Shown piece by piece: positions 12,401 through 22,164 of a stretch of DNA of 40,933 nucleotides (the stretch's first letter is position 1; each line of letters starts with the position of its first letter). Source of the DNA: Folioceros fuciformis (lineage: Eukaryota). The notes beneath the pieces are model-generated. The model was not told the DNA's origin. It did no database searches and saw only the letters and a list, made by a program, of their open reading frames with translations. The stretch is from positions 62,001 to 102,933 of the forward strand of contig JBNGIO010005439.1 in assembly GCA_049999805.1 (NCBI GenBank), in the 5' to 3' direction. The translations under genes and the position numbers were made by a program.

Positions 12401-12752
12401 TGTTGCAGTTTGGCACACTGTGTTGGGTGCTTGCCGGACCTGCAGCAACATGGAGGTGGGACGCCATGCTTTTGATCAAATACTGAAGTTAGATCACAAA
12501 AATGCTGCAGCCTATGTCGTAATGTCAAGCATTTACACCAGCTTACAAATGTGGGAGAGGGCAGAGGAGATGCAGGCTAGCAGAGCAAGAATCGGGGCAT
12601 GGAAGCAGGCGGGTCAGAGCTGGTGGATAGACATGGACGGGTTGGTGCATAGTTTCGTGGTTGGGGAGCAGAAATTCTCGCCCCAAGATTCAAGGGGCCA
12701 ATCCAACGACAGCTACATATCGTCGGGCCTGGGGTTCACAGATCCACTCTAG
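9465..12752 (+). CDS. PLS-class PPR protein 2 (E+ type, 5 P-LL-S units, no DYW)
   Basis: 1095-aa ORF with the same architecture; ends KQAGQSWWIDMDGLVHSFVVG plus a short tail. Confidence 0.95.
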   Translation: MRGAGGGLDCCHTFYKSARVDAQLDCLHVEMGPGVWSLPHDCGPGGSAGYDRGVTADIVSTLCREGCVAEAVEALGVLVQTDRCVSKALFHTVLKKSVVERDLVVGRRVHAYAVKGGYESDTFFSNHILRMYSSHGRLQDAMDVFTIVAEPDAFMWSSIISAHVKHGQERQAIQLYHRMCRAAVKPDGYVFVAALQACARGSDLKTGQQVHADIVAAGVESDLFVSSCLVDMYAKCGCLAEAQTVFDGLGQKNVVTWNAMMAGYAQQGKGLEALRLYRSMQEEGTSLPNCVTFVCLLQACAGLGNSLLGMGKVLHSQIREQGHDADVVVANSLLNMYAKCGSLEDAQEVFDGLGQKDVVSWNAMIAGYSQQDMFQEALRLYTAMQEEGITVPSSVTFVCLLHACASVGTPVALEKGKQLHLHIREHGYETDAFVANSLVNMYAKCGSLHDAQIVFDGLGRRDVVTWTVLIAGYCQEGLGQEALSLYSVMQEEGMVVPDCVTFVCLLQACASVGPSALEKGTQLHAEIRKQGYHADEIVANCLIHMYAKCGSLDDAQKVFDELGHKGVVMWNAIIAGYCQQGRSHEAIQLFRAMEHEGLARPDSVTFVCLLQACASVGAQALEMGKQLHRQIREGGHQHDLFVANSLINMYAKCGSLHDAQGAFDGLDQKDVVTWNAMIAGYSQLGMGREALYLYNAMEEEGINAPDSVTFVCLLQACTSLGSAALEKGKQLHLQIRERGHQADPFVGNSLVHMYAKCGSLGDAQSVFDSLGQKDVATWTGLIVGYCEQGMGQEALCLYSAMQAEGIVVPNSLTFVGLLQGCANVAGLHLGRQLHAQIEEQGLQADMFVAGSLINMYGKCGCITDAQQVFDSLPQRDIVIWSALIAGYTCQGDSEAVFDLVERMREDGIRPVTITFVSVLTACSHAGLVDRGMAYFEAMSTHYGITPTVEHYTCIVDLLGRAGRLDDALALIRTMPIPADVAVWHTVLGACRTCSNMEVGRHAFDQILKLDHKNAAAYVVMSSIYTSLQMWERAEEMQASRARIGAWKQAGQSWWIDMDGLVHSFVVGEQKFSPQDSRGQSNDSYISSGLGFTDPL

Positions 12753-12959
12753 TAATGCATGCCAGGTGCCACGGCACATGCAAAGTGTCGAATTGAGACA
12801 ACGTAATGGATCTAAGGTAGCAACAATTGTTATCTAAGATACTGACTTGATGAACTGGCAGGGAGGTATCGTCGAAGATGATCTGAGGAGTTGGTCAAGT
12901 TTATCTGCGTACAGTTGGGTGAATGTTTAGCTCGCTGAATCGGTAATCTGTGGGAAGAC

Positions 12960-12984
12960 AACCCTAAACCCTAAATAAACCCTT
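12960..12984 (+). repeat. Telo-box / short interstitial plant telomere repeat
   Basis: aaccctaaaccctaaataaaccctt is about three imperfect CCCTAAA units, roughly 100 bp upstream of the U6atac gene. Confidence 0.6.
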
Positions 12985-13009
12985 CAGCCTCAACTTTTAC
13001 AGAACCCGT

Positions 13010-13055
13010 ATACCCCATGTTCCGGAGAGACTATTGAAGACACCCTTTCAAGTAG
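13010..13055 (+). promoter_or_regulatory. Putative Pol III snRNA promoter (USE-like and TATA-like elements)
   Basis: ataccccatgttcc at about -65 and ctttcaagta at about -30 from the U6atac start. The spacing fits plant Pol III snRNA promoters, but the sequence differs from the angiosperm USE (RTCCCACATCG). Confidence 0.4.
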
Positions 13056-13077
13056 TCGTCGCCACCTATCCAATAAC

Positions 13078-13199
13078 GTGTTCGTTGGGAGGAGAGAAGG
13101 TTAGCATCCCCCTCGATAAGGACGGGAAAGGTCTTCGGACCTTCAAAGAAAAGGTTAAGGCTCTCCACCTTCGGGTGGATCTCAACCAAATTTTTTTTT
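13078..13199 (+). ncRNA. U6atac: U6atac minor-spliceosomal snRNA
   Basis: GTGTTCGTTGGGAGGAGAGAAGGTTAGCATCCCCCTCGATAAGGACGGG... carries the GGAGA box and AGC triad/ISL. It also has the hairpins AAGGTC-TTCG-GACCTT and TCCACC-TTCG-GGTGGA, the GGTTAAGGCTCTCCAC segment and a T9 terminator. It is colinear with plant U6atac as I recall it. Confidence 0.9.
13191..13199 (+). terminator. RNA Pol III oligo-T terminator of U6atac
   Basis: Run of nine T shortly after the 3' hairpin. Confidence 0.8.
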
Positions 13200-13452
13200 G
13201 TCCTTTTCGTGGGACAAAAGTGGCGAGGCGGTGCTTTTGAAAGTTGCTCGTACTCACAACAACGTGACTGACGGCTCGACGCCGTTTAGAACCGTCTGCA
13301 TTCGGGTCGCTTGTCAGGTGTATCTTACTTGAGCGTGACTGCGGGTGTCGGAGCGTGCGCAAAAGATGATGACCAAAGTTCTCTGGAACAGTCCACGACT
13401 CTACAGAGTATGTGGACAAGTACAGTGTGCTCTCACTTCGCGCAGATCATCC

Positions 13453-15698
13453 ATGGGGACGGCGTCTGCACCTGCAACTCGCTTCGATAAGCTTAGGCGT
13501 GTTTTCTGCAACAATCTTCCATCAGTGACGCTGCCGAAGCAGCGTCCCCTGGGGCTTACGGAGTACATTTTCTTGAGGAATGCCGACAAGCTATCGAGCG
13601 AGAAAATGGCGTTGGTGGATGCAGTCACCGGGGATCAGGTTACGTATGGGGAGCTTAAAGAGCGGGTTGCTGCACTAGCAGGGGGACTGACGGACCTTGG
13701 AATCACTAAAGGCAGCTTTGTATTGCTTCTGTCTCCGAACAGTATTGAGCTTGTTGTGATCGTCCTCGCCAGTTTAGCGCTTGGTGCTGTGGTCCTGACT
13801 GCAAATTATACCTATCCGGGTGAAGAGCTGGAGAAGCAGTTCTCGGATGTCGATATCAGCTTGCTTTTCAGTACCGTGGAGATTGTCAGCAGGCTGAGAT
13901 CTGGATCTGTTTTCCTTTCCTCCTTGAAGACAGTGTTGATCGATCGAGAGGAAGGAACTCGATCGCATGCAGATCTCTTGTTGTCTGATTTGTTTGCCTC
14001 CCGACGGGTGCCAGTGCGGCCGGTGCCGGTGCCAGAGGTGACTCAGGATGATCCTGCGCTGGTGATGTTCTCGTCTGGTCCGATGGGACTGAGTAAACGA
14101 GTTGTCTTCACGCACCGCAACCTTATTGCTTGTGTGACTGCGTATTGCGATAATCCATTGAGTGAAGATTCGAGCGATGATGTGGAGATCTGCGTGATTC
14201 CTCAGTTTCAGCTCTACGGCCTTGTGGTGCTCACCTTCACGTGCCTACTGAGGAGAAATACAGTGGTGATTCTTCCCAAGTACACTAATGGAGGGGAGCT
14301 TCTGGAGGTTGTCCACAAGTATCATGTCACGATTTTGGATGCCTCGCCTGGGATTCTGATGCAGATCATGAACAAGAACGGAGCAATATTCAGAGCGCAC
14401 GAGTCGGAACTGGGATGTTTGAAGAAGATGAGGACCGCCGGTGTACCAATGGATCGAGACATCATCATGAAATGGGTTCAGTTCGCACCTCAACTGAAAG
14501 TGTTGCCGGTACAGCCGAAGTATCTGAGTTTGGGTGCCGGAAAATTGCCGGCATGAGAAAATCTCCTTCTGATACGTGCACGAAATGCTAACTTACGAAT
14601 GTCTTGTACAGGGTTATGGCCGCTGTGCTGAGACGACAGCAATGGGTGCAACATTTCCTGCGTCAGACTACGATCCTGCGAAGAACTTCCATGCAGGAAC
14701 CGCAGGCACTTTGACTATGAACACGCAAGGAAAAATTTTGCAGCAGACTTCATACCAGTTTCTGCCGACTTCAATGCTGGGGGAGCTGTACCTACGTAAC
14801 ACTGATGCAATGGCAGGTAATGGGGGCCTTAATCCTTCAATTCATGTCTCTTGCTGTTACTAGCGACTAGCAGTACTGTTTCTCATTGTTGTAGGATCAT
14901 TGTGACCGTTGGCCCCATTGGAGAACGTGCTAACACGACGCTGAACGTAGCTTATTTCAAGGATCCGGTAGCAACTGCGAAGGCTGTAGACGAGGAAGGT
15001 TGGTTCAACACAAGAGATATCGCGTGGTTCAGCGAGCAAGGTTACGTTTATGTCAGAGAGATCAACTCTGACAAACACTCCAAGGTACCATGGTCGTCGT
15101 GTTGCAGTAGATTTGATGAGTAGTCCTGTAGCACCTTTTCACAGCCAGCCTTCATTGCTTCCAGTTCACAGCTGCTTCGATGCAGCTTGAAGAAGTGTTA
15201 CGGAAACATCCGAAAATCCAGAACGCTGTTGTGATATTGTAAGTGCTGTCAGAGACTTGCCCAACGTCCTTCAGCTGCCTTTCTGAGGAAGTTTCAACTT
15301 CACGAGACCTCAAGGCATCGCTCCGTCTGCAGTTACAGTAATGAGATCGAAGTCGAGATATACCCAATAGCATTTGTACAAAATTTGCCCGGCGTTCTAC
15401 TGAATGAAATGGATGTGAGGAAGCACATTGACGACACAGTAAGTCAGGTAAGTATTGAGTAGCCGTGCAAAACGATGACGCTCATGCATTGTAGCCACTA
15501 ACCCACTAACCCACGCTGGTTGCATCTGATTACGCGTGACAGATGCACAAGGACACATTCCGGACGGTCTATAAGGTCGAGTTCCTTGACCACATCCCCC
15601 AGCTGCCTCGCGGATTGAAGTTGCAACAAGTTCTCTTCAAGCTGGCACGACCTGATGGTTCAGAGGTGGGTCATCCAACGCCCATTTCCTGCCTTTAA
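13453..15698 (+). CDS. 4-coumarate-CoA ligase-like / acyl-activating enzyme (AMP-binding superfamily), 6 exons, divergent motifs
   Basis: Exon 1 runs from 13453 to 14508 (ALVDAVTGDQVTYGEL, LMFSSGPMGLSKRV). Exon 2 is 14612-14816 (GYG..ET, GELYLR) and exon 3 is 14951-15084 (YFKDP.AT..AVDEEGWFNTRD). Later exons give QLEEVLRKHPKI.NAVVI, YPIAFV and KVEFLDHIP...PISCL*. Introns are GT-AG. Confidence 0.8.
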
Positions 15699-16094
15699 CG
15701 TTCAGACACCAGCAATGCGTGCGACGGGTTGCGTGCAACGGTGAAAGGGTGGTAGAAGGCAGCACCAACTGGCTGCTGAATTATGTATCTTAGCACATTT
15801 GCACTGATGAATTCGCCGGAGCTCCAGAGACGTAGAAGCTGTTAGGATCGTGGTACGTGATATCCTGAACTGCCTAGGACCGGCTATGGCTTTTCATCTT
15901 CGAGAATTCCCGAACATGGAGTCAACAAGTTGCAAATTTGACTACCCTTTAAGGATCAAGTTTCCTCCGTCCCGGGTCGGTGGCACACTGGTTACAAACA
16001 GCGTAGGCTACTCTCAAACCGTCAGATTTCACCGTCGTTTGTACTATAACGGACGTCTCGTTCTTTCAGGATTTGGCTGCCTAGAAGCCCCAAC

Positions 16095-16836
16095 GGAACC
16101 GAAGTCTATGCACCTGCCCGTCCATGTTGGTCCACCAGCTCTGACCCGTCTGCTTTGATTCCATGAATCTTTTCCTCCTGCCAGGGCCTGCTCCAACATT
16201 TGGGCCCGGCGTAAATGTTTGACATCGACACATCGCTTGCTTGCGTCGTCTCGTTTGTCCACCTCACACTGCATGGACGGAAGCGTGGCATCCTACCTAG
16301 GCCTCCGTGTTAATCCACTTTCGTTCGACAAGCACCCAACAAATTGCGGCATCCCACGTTGCCACGGCTTCGTCATCAAGAGCGTCAAAAGCATCCTGAA
16401 GACTCCTCACGCTCCCGCACTTGGCATGCATGTGTGCAAATGCCTACCAGATTCCAGGCCACACACATATCCGTTTCATGTCCTTTCTTGTGTAATTCGA
16501 GCGTGAACTTGTTTCCCCTTGACGCTCGGTCGCCATGGCCAAGTACACGCCTGCAAGAAGTGACACACACGTCACTCTATCGGGCCCAGCTCACCTCAGC
16601 CTTTCTTCTTGAACAGCACGTAAGATAAGGAGGGCATCCTGGCCCAAGCCGCGGTGATAGTATCATGCATACCCTGCTACCGTGGCTTTCCGTGTCACCA
16701 TATGTTTTATGTGGCCCTAGTCCCAGAAGCTAGTCGTCGTCCAAGGTTCCGCACTTTGCACACGTATCTCCAGCAAAACTGTTTGCTACAAGTACGTACG
16801 CTTCATGGCTTTGTTCTCTCACTTGTGAGCGTGTAG
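16095..16836 (-). pseudogene. Collapsed PLS-PPR pseudogene (LL-S-P fragments, E domains, PG box)
   Basis: The minus strand has frameshifted relics: LHA..REQSHE, VANS...AKC, VTCVSLLQACT, an E2 remnant and KQTGQSWWTNMDGQVH (about 16105-16155). Confidence 0.8.
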
Positions 16837-19800
16837 CTACTTAACCACAAAACTATGCACCAGTCCGTCCAAGTCTGTCCACCAGCTCTGACCCGGTTGC
16901 TTCTCTGCCCCGTCCCTTTTTCTTCTCGCCTGCAACTCCTGTGCCTGCTCCCACATCTGGGCAGCCGTGTAGATGTTGGACATCAGCACATAAGCTGCAG
17001 CGTTTTCCTTGTCTAGCTTCACTGCTTGGTCGAAAGCATGTTGTCCCACCTCCACGCTACTCCACTTTTGACAAGCACCTAGCAGAGTGTGCCAAACTGC
17101 AGCATCAGGGACGACTGGCATAGTCTTCACCAAAGCTAGTGCTTCGTCCAGATGACCTGCACGCCCCAGAAGATCCACCATGCATGTGTAGTGCTGCAGC
17201 GTGGGGTTGATGGCGTGGTCCTTGCTCATAGCATCGAAGTACTGTCGCCCCTTGCTCACCAGACCCGTGTGGCTACACACTGTTAGTAAACCAAGGAAGG
17301 TGATGCCGTCTGGCTGAATGCCATCCTTTCTCATTCTGCGGACCAAGGTAAAGACCTCTTCACTGTCGCCCTGATGGCTGTACCCTGCAATGAACGCATT
17401 CCAGGCCACAAGGCTTTTTTCAGGCATAGCGTCAAACACCTTCTGTGCATCAAGCATGCTTCCACACTTTCCATACATGTTTATCAAAGCGGAGGCTACA
17501 AACACGTCCTCGGATGGAAGATCTTGTTCCACCATCTGTGCATGTAGCCGTCTTCCCAGATGCAAAGCTGCCACGTTTGCACAAGCCTGGACAAGGCACG
17601 TGAGAGTCAGGGAGTCGGAGACGGCCATGCCATCGTCTTGCATAGCACTGTAAAGACGAAGGGCTTCCTGGTCCATGCCCTCCTGGGCATATGCGGCAAC
17701 TAGAGCACTCAGTGTGGCAACACCTTTTTGAGCAAGGCCATCCAGCGAACTCTCGGCATCCTGCAAGCTGCCACACTTTGCATACATTTTCACTAAACTG
17801 CTAGCTACAAAATCATCAACTTCATACCCTCCTTCTCTGATCTTTGCATGGAGCTGCTTTCCCTTCTCTAGAGCTGGGGTGCCCACCATTGCACATGCGT
17901 GTAGGGCGCACATGAATGTCACAAGATTTGGTACAGTTAAGGCCTCTTTTTGCATAGCAGCATACACACCAAGAGCTTCCTGGCCCATGCCCTGCTGAGA
18001 ATATCCTGATATCATAGCATTCCACGACACTACATCTTTATTCCCGAGTTCATCAAACACACTCTGCGCATCGTCTAGGCTGGCACACTTTGCGTACATG
18101 TCAATCAAACTGCTGGCTACAAACGCGTCCTCAACATATCCCCGCTCTTTGATTTGCTCATGAAGCTCCTTTCCCATCTTCAAAGCTGGGATGCCCACAG
18201 TTGCACATGCATGCAGGAGGCGAGAAAATGTCACAGCATTGGGTTCAACAACGCCCTTTTCTTGCATAGAACCGTACAGACACAGGGCTTCTTGGGCCCT
18301 ACCCAATTGCGAATAACCTGCTATCATGGCATTCCACGTCTCAACATTTTTGTGCGCCAGACCGTCGAATACCTTCCGAGAGTCTTCCAAGCTTCCACAC
18401 TTTGCATACATGTTGACTAAGCTGCTAGCTACCATCACATCCTCTTCATGGCCTCCTTCTCTTAACTTCCCGTGAAGCTGCTTGCCCATCTCCATAGCTT
18501 GGGTGCCCAAACTCGCGCATGCCTGTAGGAGGCACACAAACGACATGGAATTGGGTATAGCTTTGCCGTCTTCTTGCATAGCCGAGTAGAGGCGAAGGGC
18601 CTCCTGGCCCATGCCCTGCTTGGAATACCCTGAAATTAGAGCAGTACGAGTCACAACATCTCGTTGACCAAGTCTGTCAAACGCTTTCTGTGCATCCTCC
18701 AAGCTGCCACATTTTCCATACATGTCTACCAAGCTGCTGGCTACAAACGCATCAGCTTGGTATCCTTGTTCACTAAATTGCGTATGAAGATGCATCCCCA
18801 TTTCCAACGCTGGGGGGCCCACACTCGCACATGCCTGCAAGAGGCACCCATATGTCACAGAATTGGGTACAGCCAAGCCTTCTTGGTGCATAGCCCTGTA
18901 AAGATGAAGGGCTTCATGGCCCATGCCTTGCTGGGCATACGCCGCGATTAAAGCAGTCCATGTGACCACATCTCTCTCAACCAGCGCATCAAACACTCTT
19001 TGGGCATCTTCCAAACTGCCACACTTTGCATACATGTTCACCAAACCGCTGCCCACAAACAGATCAGCTTGGTATCCCCGGTCGATAATTTGGGCATGAA
19101 GCTGCTTTCCCCTCTCCAAAGCTGCAGTGCCCACACTTGCACACGCCTGCAGGAGGCATGCAAACGTCTCGGAATTGGGTACAGCCATACCTTCTTCCTG
19201 CATAACACGGTAGAGATGAAGGGCTTCCTGCCCCCTGCCCTGTTGGGAGTACCCTGCAAGTAGAGTAGTCCATGTCACCACATCCTTTTCTCCGAGTCCA
19301 TCAAACACAATCTTGGCATCATCTAGGCTGCCACACTTTGCATACATGTTCACCAAACTGTTGGCAACAAACACATCCGCTTCTAATCCTCGGTCTCTGA
19401 TTTGAGCATGCAATTTGGTCCCCATCTCCAAAGATGGAATACCTTCAGATGCACATGCCTGAAGAAGGCACACAAATGTCACAGAATTGGGCACGCTGAT
19501 GCCTTCTTCTTCCATCATACTGTAGACACGTAGGGCTTCCCGGCCCATACCCTGCTGGGAACACCCTGCTATCATGGAATTCCACGTCACCACATCCTTC
19601 TCCGGAAGTCCTTCAAACACTCTTTGTGCATCTTTCAAGCTCCCACACTTGGCATACATGTTGAGTAGACTGCCGGCAACAAACTTGTCAAACCTGTGTA
19701 CTCGTTCTTCAATTTGTGTATGAAGGTGCTTCCCCATCTCCAAAGCTGAGCTGCCTACACTAGCACATGCGTGCAGGAGGCACACAAATGTCACAGAGTT

Positions 19801-21153
19801 GGGTACACTAATGGCTTCTTCTTGCATAGCCCTATAGAGACGAAGGGCTTCTTGGCCCCTGTCTTGCTGGGAATAGCCCGCAATCAGAGCAGTCCATGTC
19901 ACCACATCTTTGTGAGCAAGTTCGTCAAACACGTTTTGAGCGTCTTCCAAGCTCCCACACTTGGCATACATGTTGACCAAACTGTTGGCCACACATGCAT
20001 CACCTTCGTGGCCTCGAGCTCTAATTTGCGCATGGAGTTGCTTTCCTTTCTCCAAAGCTAATGGCCCCACACTTGCACATGCCTGGAGAAGGCACAAAAA
20101 AGTCACAGAATTGGGTACGGCAATACCTTCTGCTTGCATGTCCCTGAAGAGAAGAAGGGCTTCCTGCCCCATGCGCTGTTGGGAGTACCCTGCTATCATG
20201 GCAGTCCAAGTGACCACATCCTTTTTACACAGACCATCAAACACTCTTTGAGCCTCTTTCAAGTTACCACACTTTGCGTACATGTCCACCAAGCAACTAC
20301 TGACGTACAAATCAGGCTGGACGCCACTGGCCAACACATCAGCATGCACCTGCTGCCCAGTTTCCAAGTCCAATGCCCTTGCGCAAGCCTGAAGAGCAGC
20401 CACGAAGACATGGCCATCTGCCTTCTCACTGGACCCACGCATCTGATGATACAGTTGTATAGCCTGCTTGTCTTGTCCCTGTTTAACATGCGCAGAAATT
20501 ATGGAAGACCACATGAAGGCATCAGGGTTAGCTACCGAGGTGAACACATCCATCGCGTCCTGCATCCTGCCATGAGAGGCATACATTCGCAGGATGTGGT
20601 TACATAGGAACGTATCCGATTGATACCCCAACTTCACTGTCAAAGCATGGACGCGGCGACCGCAAACTAGATCCTTCTTGGCTCCACACTTCTTCAGGAA
20701 GGTGTACAAAAGAGATTTGGACACACTACAACCTGTCTGCACCAAAACTCCTAAAGCCTCCACAGCCTGCGTGAGATTGCCCTCATTACATAGCTTAGTC
20801 ACGGTCTCAGCCATTGCACATTCTGCAGCCAAGCCCCTGGAGGACTTGGAGGCTCCAGAATTCTCCTCCATCTGCATAAACAGAGAAGCTCCTGGGTTTA
20901 GCCAGAGAAGCTCCTGGGACTCCCAACGGAAGTCACGCAAGCGCTTTATCTTGCTGCCGTTTGCGAGGATGCTGCATCTCGCATTTGCCTTGCTTGCCAA
21001 CACTTGGTTCCTCGACGTCAGCCGACCGGGAGCTGGTCGAAGGATACCTGTCGGGCTTCCACTTTGTTGGGTATCTCTCTGGATCCATGCACACCAACTG
21101 TGTCCCAAATACGCGTCCTGCTGTGACTCGATTGCAATTCTCCCGATAAGCAT
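16837..21153 (-). CDS. PLS-class PPR protein 3 (E+ type, 8 P-LL-S units, no DYW)
   Basis: ORF 16837-21174 with first ATG at 21153; ends KQPGQSWWTDLDGLVHSFVVK*. Confidence 0.95.
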   Translation of the reverse strand: MLIGRIAIESQQDAYLGHSWCAWIQRDTQQSGSPTGILRPAPGRLTSRNQVLASKANARCSILANGSKIKRLRDFRWESQELLWLNPGASLFMQMEENSGASKSSRGLAAECAMAETVTKLCNEGNLTQAVEALGVLVQTGCSVSKSLLYTFLKKCGAKKDLVCGRRVHALTVKLGYQSDTFLCNHILRMYASHGRMQDAMDVFTSVANPDAFMWSSIISAHVKQGQDKQAIQLYHQMRGSSEKADGHVFVAALQACARALDLETGQQVHADVLASGVQPDLYVSSCLVDMYAKCGNLKEAQRVFDGLCKKDVVTWTAMIAGYSQQRMGQEALLLFRDMQAEGIAVPNSVTFLCLLQACASVGPLALEKGKQLHAQIRARGHEGDACVANSLVNMYAKCGSLEDAQNVFDELAHKDVVTWTALIAGYSQQDRGQEALRLYRAMQEEAISVPNSVTFVCLLHACASVGSSALEMGKHLHTQIEERVHRFDKFVAGSLLNMYAKCGSLKDAQRVFEGLPEKDVVTWNSMIAGCSQQGMGREALRVYSMMEEEGISVPNSVTFVCLLQACASEGIPSLEMGTKLHAQIRDRGLEADVFVANSLVNMYAKCGSLDDAKIVFDGLGEKDVVTWTTLLAGYSQQGRGQEALHLYRVMQEEGMAVPNSETFACLLQACASVGTAALERGKQLHAQIIDRGYQADLFVGSGLVNMYAKCGSLEDAQRVFDALVERDVVTWTALIAAYAQQGMGHEALHLYRAMHQEGLAVPNSVTYGCLLQACASVGPPALEMGMHLHTQFSEQGYQADAFVASSLVDMYGKCGSLEDAQKAFDRLGQRDVVTRTALISGYSKQGMGQEALRLYSAMQEDGKAIPNSMSFVCLLQACASLGTQAMEMGKQLHGKLREGGHEEDVMVASSLVNMYAKCGSLEDSRKVFDGLAHKNVETWNAMIAGYSQLGRAQEALCLYGSMQEKGVVEPNAVTFSRLLHACATVGIPALKMGKELHEQIKERGYVEDAFVASSLIDMYAKCASLDDAQSVFDELGNKDVVSWNAMISGYSQQGMGQEALGVYAAMQKEALTVPNLVTFMCALHACAMVGTPALEKGKQLHAKIREGGYEVDDFVASSLVKMYAKCGSLQDAESSLDGLAQKGVATLSALVAAYAQEGMDQEALRLYSAMQDDGMAVSDSLTLTCLVQACANVAALHLGRRLHAQMVEQDLPSEDVFVASALINMYGKCGSMLDAQKVFDAMPEKSLVAWNAFIAGYSHQGDSEEVFTLVRRMRKDGIQPDGITFLGLLTVCSHTGLVSKGRQYFDAMSKDHAINPTLQHYTCMVDLLGRAGHLDEALALVKTMPVVPDAAVWHTLLGACQKWSSVEVGQHAFDQAVKLDKENAAAYVLMSNIYTAAQMWEQAQELQARRKRDGAEKQPGQSWWTDLDGLVHSFVVK

Positions 21154-21524
21154 TGCACACCTGTCGTTGAACACTACAAGGAGTACTATTGCAGTAGCAG
21201 ATTTGCCGATACTGGAACCGGGCCACGCCCGACCTGCTGGTCATGACAACCCTCTCTACAGAAGCCTGTCAGATGGGAAACAGGATGCTCTCACGAAGCT
21301 CAGGCGAAATCTACAATATTGAGCCCTTATCACTGCGATGAAGTCTGTCGGTGCAGAGTTGGAATTGTGACAGAGGTTACGTTCGCATCATGGGTGACTG
21401 ACTTTGCGATTCTGCTGGCCGACATTCGGGTGTTACACAACATCGTGTTGCAGAACAAGACCTCGGTGAACAGTCGGGGCTTCATATTCACCACACTGTT
21501 CAGCCATCTCCAGTGCTGTTGACG

Positions 21525-21900
21525 GCGATCACATGAGCTTCATGGCCTCGTATTTCAATCTTTGCATGAAGGTACTCCTCTCTCCAAAACTCAAGTGCTC
21601 AAAATCACGCACACTTTTACTGTGCTTCCTTCTTAAGAAATCGGTACAGTTACATCCTCTTCTCGCATAGCCCAGGTAAGAAATGTGACAGACTAGGATA
21701 GGAAAGCGTAGGCCTCTACACATTTTCGTGCAATCTGCTCTCTGGTCTGGCCCACGCCGTGCTGGGTACACCCTGCAAAGTCAATGTGACAACTTCTTGT
21801 CAACGAAGTCCGTCAAAACACTCGTGTGTTGCATCCTCTAAATCAGAGAGCACACTGTGCATATGATACAAGTTCACCCACATGTACATCTACGCAAGTC
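21525..21900 (-). pseudogene. Degenerate PPR S-P-LL fragment
   Basis: Minus-strand relics ttagaggatgca...gtgttttgacggactt (LEDA..VFDGL), cagcacggcgtgggccag (QHGVGQ) and cttcatgcaaagattgaaatacgaggccatgaagct (LHAKIEIRGHEA), broken by indels. Confidence 0.65.
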
Positions 21901-22164
21901 TGTCTTGGCTACAAACGCATAACATCGGTGTTCTTGATCCCAAGCAGTTGGAAGTCGTGCATGCACGGGCTCTGAAAAGCGAAGGTACTAAAGAGTCGCA
22001 GAATTCCAAAATGGGTACTGCACACTCCCGAAGTTCGGGACACAAAGGAGAGCAACAAATGTAGGGAGAGATGCAGGGGCACATCGACGAAAACTCTGGT
22101 TTGGCCATCGATCAGATGGACTGAACCATGTTTGTGAGGGCTCAGCCTTTGCCCCGCTCCAGCC

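Noticed and set aside
13034-13419. ORFs 13034-13240 (+) and 13066-13419 (-)
   Set aside because: They overlap the U6atac gene and have no protein-like features.
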